Shown: positions 61,771 to 64,000 of the stretch, in pieces
Layout: every line of letters starts with the position of its first letter
Position numbering within the stretch: position 1 is the stretch's first letter
Assembly: GCA_036340075.1 (NCBI GenBank)
Contig: JAYYZJ010000005.1
Span: forward strand, 32,001-96,000
DNA: 64,000 nucleotides
Direction: 5' to 3'
Source of the DNA: Thermodesulfobacteriota bacterium
GTDB lineage: Bacteria; Desulfobacterota_D; UBA1144
The notes under the pieces: generated by a model
Told to the model about the DNA's origin: nothing
The model's database searches: none
The model's input: the letters and a program-made list of their open reading frames with translations, nothing else
Made by a program: the position numbers and the translations under genes

Positions 61771-61773
61771 TAT

Positions 61774-62277
61774 TTATTTTTTAAAAGCTTTATTTATTTT
61801 TTTTAAAAATATTTCCCTTTTTATATTTGTCATTCTCTCGGGAAACAAAATTCCATCTAAATGATCATATTCATGCTGAAACACAATAGATTGCATACCA
61901 TCGGTTTCAAAACTTTGCTCATTCCCATTTATATCTAAAGCGGTCATCTTAATTCTCTCATATCTATTAACATAATCATAAAACCCTGGGATACTTAAAC
62001 AGCCTTCTCTTGATTGAACTTTTCCTTCAGACATTACAAGTTTCGGATTTATAAGAACAAGATATTTATCTTCATCTTCTACAGAAAAGTCTTTACAAAC
62101 AAAAATTCTTTTTAGTGCACCAATTTGTGGCGCAGAAAGACCTATTCCTTCTGAATCCACCATTGTCTTAATCATATCTTGTGAAAGATTTACTATTTCA
62201 TTAGTAATTTCATCTATTTCAATACATTCCTTTTCCAGTATCGGATCAGGAAATATTTTTAATTGCAATTTTCCCAT
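61774..62277 (-). CDS. def: Peptide deformylase
   Basis: GIGLSAPQIG, EGCLS, QHEYDHLDG. Confidence 0.96.
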   Translation of the reverse strand: MGKLQLKIFPDPILEKECIEIDEITNEIVNLSQDMIKTMVDSEGIGLSAPQIGALKRIFVCKDFSVEDEDKYLVLINPKLVMSEGKVQSREGCLSIPGFYDYVNRYERIKMTALDINGNEQSFETDGMQSIVFQHEYDHLDGILFPERMTNIKREIFLKKINKAFKK

Positions 62278-62282
62278 TAATT

Positions 62283-62561
62283 CTACTTATCGTTCAACTT
62301 GTCCAATAAATCTCTACTTGGCCTATAAAGTGGTAAGACTTTCTCAGGAACTACTATACTTTCTCCAGTTTTTGGATTTCGTCCTTTGTAAGATTTATAT
62401 TTCTTTGGATAGAAACTGCCAAAACCTCTTATCTCAACTCTAGTATTATTCGAAATAGCATCGGACATAGATGATATTATTAAGTCGACTATTTGATGAG
62501 ATAAATTCTTTTCTAACTTAAAAGCTTTAGTCATTTCATCTTCGATTTCTGATCTAAGCAT
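62283..62561 (-). CDS. ihfB: HU/IHF family DNA-binding protein (IHF-beta-like)
   Basis: VEIRGFGSF, GRNPKTGE. Confidence 0.8.
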   Translation of the reverse strand: MLRSEIEDEMTKAFKLEKNLSHQIVDLIISSMSDAISNNTRVEIRGFGSFYPKKYKSYKGRNPKTGESIVVPEKVLPLYRPSRDLLDKLNDK

Positions 62562-62607
62562 AATTTATATTATAAATTCTATATGAAAAAAGCAAATTAA
62601 AGTAATT

Positions 62608-62680
62608 TACCCCAGATAGGATTCGAACCTACGACTCTATGTTTAGGAAACATATACTCTATCCACTGAGTTACTGGGGC
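62608..62680 (-). tRNA. tRNA-Arg(CCU)
   Basis: Cloverleaf: acceptor GCCCCAG/CTGGGGT, D-arm with A20, anticodon arm TATGT-TTCCTAA-ACATA, T-loop TTCGAAT; CCA not encoded. Confidence 0.95.
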
Positions 62681-62722
62681 AAGGGAAATTATTATAACAG
62701 TTCTTTTGTAGGTAAAGAAAAT

Positions 62723-63451
62723 CTATTCAACTAATTCTCCGTTTTTCCATATACCTTCAATTTTATCACCATCTGCCCAAGTATAAGTTCCTTGACCGTG
62801 CTGCATTCCATCTTTCCATTCACCTACATATTTTGTACCATCTGCCCAAGTATGAGTTCCTTTACCGTGCATCTCTCCATCTTTCCATTCACCTACATAT
62901 TTGTCACCATCTGGAGAAGTAGCAGTTCCTTTGCCGTGCTTCTTTCCATCTTTATATTCACCTACATATTTTTCACCATCTGAAAAAGTATAAGTTCCTT
63001 TGCCGTGTCTCTTTCCATCTTTATATTCACCTACATATTTTTCACCATCTGGATAAGTATAAGTTCCTTTGCCGTGCATCTCTCCATCTTTCCATTCACC
63101 TACATGTTTACCACCATCTGAAAAAGTATAAGTTCCTTTGCCGTGAAACTTCGCATCTTTAAATTCACCTACATATTTTGCACCATCTGGATAAGTATAA
63201 GTTCCTTTGCCGTGTTTCTTGTCATCTTTAAATTCACCTACATATTTACCACCATCTGAATAAGTCATAGTTCCTTTGCCGTGTCTCTTTCCATCTTTAA
63301 ATTCACCTACATATTTTGTACCATCTGCCCAAGTAGCAGTTCCTTCACAATTATCCCATTTATTAAAATCATCCCCTTCACACTTAGGTAAAGAATATGA
63401 GTTGAGTGCAAACAAAAAGAAAAATAAGAGAAATAGATTTAGTGTTCTCAT
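62723..63451 (-). CDS. Secreted MORN-repeat protein
   Basis: Signal peptide, C...WDNC cap, about 9 tandem 23-aa YVGExKDGKxHGKGTxTxxDG repeats. Confidence 0.92.
   Translation of the reverse strand: MRTLNLFLLFFFLFALNSYSLPKCEGDDFNKWDNCEGTATWADGTKYVGEFKDGKRHGKGTMTYSDGGKYVGEFKDDKKHGKGTYTYPDGAKYVGEFKDAKFHGKGTYTFSDGGKHVGEWKDGEMHGKGTYTYPDGEKYVGEYKDGKRHGKGTYTFSDGEKYVGEYKDGKKHGKGTATSPDGDKYVGEWKDGEMHGKGTHTWADGTKYVGEWKDGMQHGQGTYTWADGDKIEGIWKNGELVE
62730..63350. repeat. 69-bp imperfect tandem repeat array encoding the MORN units
   Basis: Recurring TTCACCTACATATTT...CACCATCTG...GTTCCTTTGCCGTG blocks at 69-bp spacing. Confidence 0.88.
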
Positions 63452-63492
63452 AAGATAATTATATCAAGAATTTGAGGTTTTTGGATGTCACT

Positions 63493-64000
63493 CTATGGAA
63501 CTACTTCTCCGTTTCTCCACACTCCCCAAACTTTTCTTCCAGAATCAAAATAAGTTATATATCCTTTACCGTGCATCTTTCCATCTTTCCATTCACCTAC
63601 ATATTTTGAACCATTTGCCCACCTCAAAGTTCCTTTGCCGTGTCTCTTATCATCTTTCCATTCACCTACATATCTATCACCATTTGGATAAGTCATAGTT
63701 CCTTTGCCGTGTTTGTGCCAGTTCTTAAATTTACCTACATATTTTGCACCATCTGGGTAATGCAAAGTTCCTTTGCCGTCTCTCCTATTATCTTTCCATT
63801 CACCTTCATATATGACACCGTCAGGAAAAGACAAAAAGCCTTTGCCGTGTTTTCTCCCAAATCTCCACTCACCTTCATGTTTTGAACCATCTGGATAAGT
63901 CATAGTTCCTTTGCCGTTTGGTAAGTTATCTTCAAATTCACCTACATATTGTGAACCATCTAGATAATGCAAGGTTCCTTTACCATGGAACTTGCCATCG
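63493..64000 (-). CDS. MORN-repeat protein, 3' part (starts beyond the window's right edge)
   Basis: The frame stays open to the window edge (DGKFHGKGTLHYLDG...); 23-aa MORN repeats. Confidence 0.9.
   Translation of the reverse strand, partial: DGKFHGKGTLHYLDGSQYVGEFEDNLPNGKGTMTYPDGSKHEGEWRFGRKHGKGFLSFPDGVIYEGEWKDNRRDGKGTLHYPDGAKYVGKFKNWHKHGKGTMTYPNGDRYVGEWKDDKRHGKGTLRWANGSKYVGEWKDGKMHGKGYITYFDSGRKVWGVWRNGEVVP

Noticed and set aside
46031..62680. Genomic island integrated at the tmRNA or tRNA-Arg 3' end
   Set aside because: Housekeeping genes (rdgB, ihfB) follow each 3' end directly; I saw no integrase or duplicated att fragment.
438..63885. Numerous 60-140 aa ORFs antisense to or nested in core genes (e.g. 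438-719, 22314-22700, 32587-33006, 53523-53867)
   Set aside because: They are shadow frames of well-supported genes with no motifs or independent expression signals.
62723..64000. 69-bp repeats as a CRISPR array or DGR template/variable pair
   Set aside because: The repeats are contiguous, in frame and encode MORN units; there are no unique spacers, cas genes or reverse transcriptase in the window.

Overview
An AT-rich, extremely compact chromosomal segment (about 28-30% GC by eye, not computed; genes mostly abut or overlap) from a streamlined diderm bacterium. Gene order (fabF-rpiB, infB-DHH-truB, cobA-hemD fusion, System I* ccm) suggests a Deltaproteobacteria-related lineage, possibly marine Dadabacteria; this is inference only. 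The window is mostly core genome: icd/acnA, the fab cluster, the rimP-nusA-infB-nrnA-truB-rpsO-pnp-miaA run, uvrB, a cytochrome c maturation operon, an N-module-less complex I operon, gltA, pyrG, smpB-tmRNA, an MCE (Mla-type) operon, azurin, recG, tRNA-Arg(CCU) and tandem MORN-repeat genes. I saw no CRISPR array, transposase, integrase or prophage. The most notable observations are: (1) an MCE operon without mlaA/B/C, led by an unannotated secreted 462-aa aromatic-proline repeat protein; (2) a recurring -10 hexamer 6-7 nt before at least 12 start codons, pointing to widespread leaderless transcription; (3) a 'headless' complex I with a NuoB-C fusion and a Lys-to-His change in NuoM TM7; (4) a System I* ccm operon whose CcmC lacks its second heme-ligand His, with two small ORFs missed by the ORF track; (5) eroded ribosome-biogenesis genes (half-size RimP, no rbfA in the operon).
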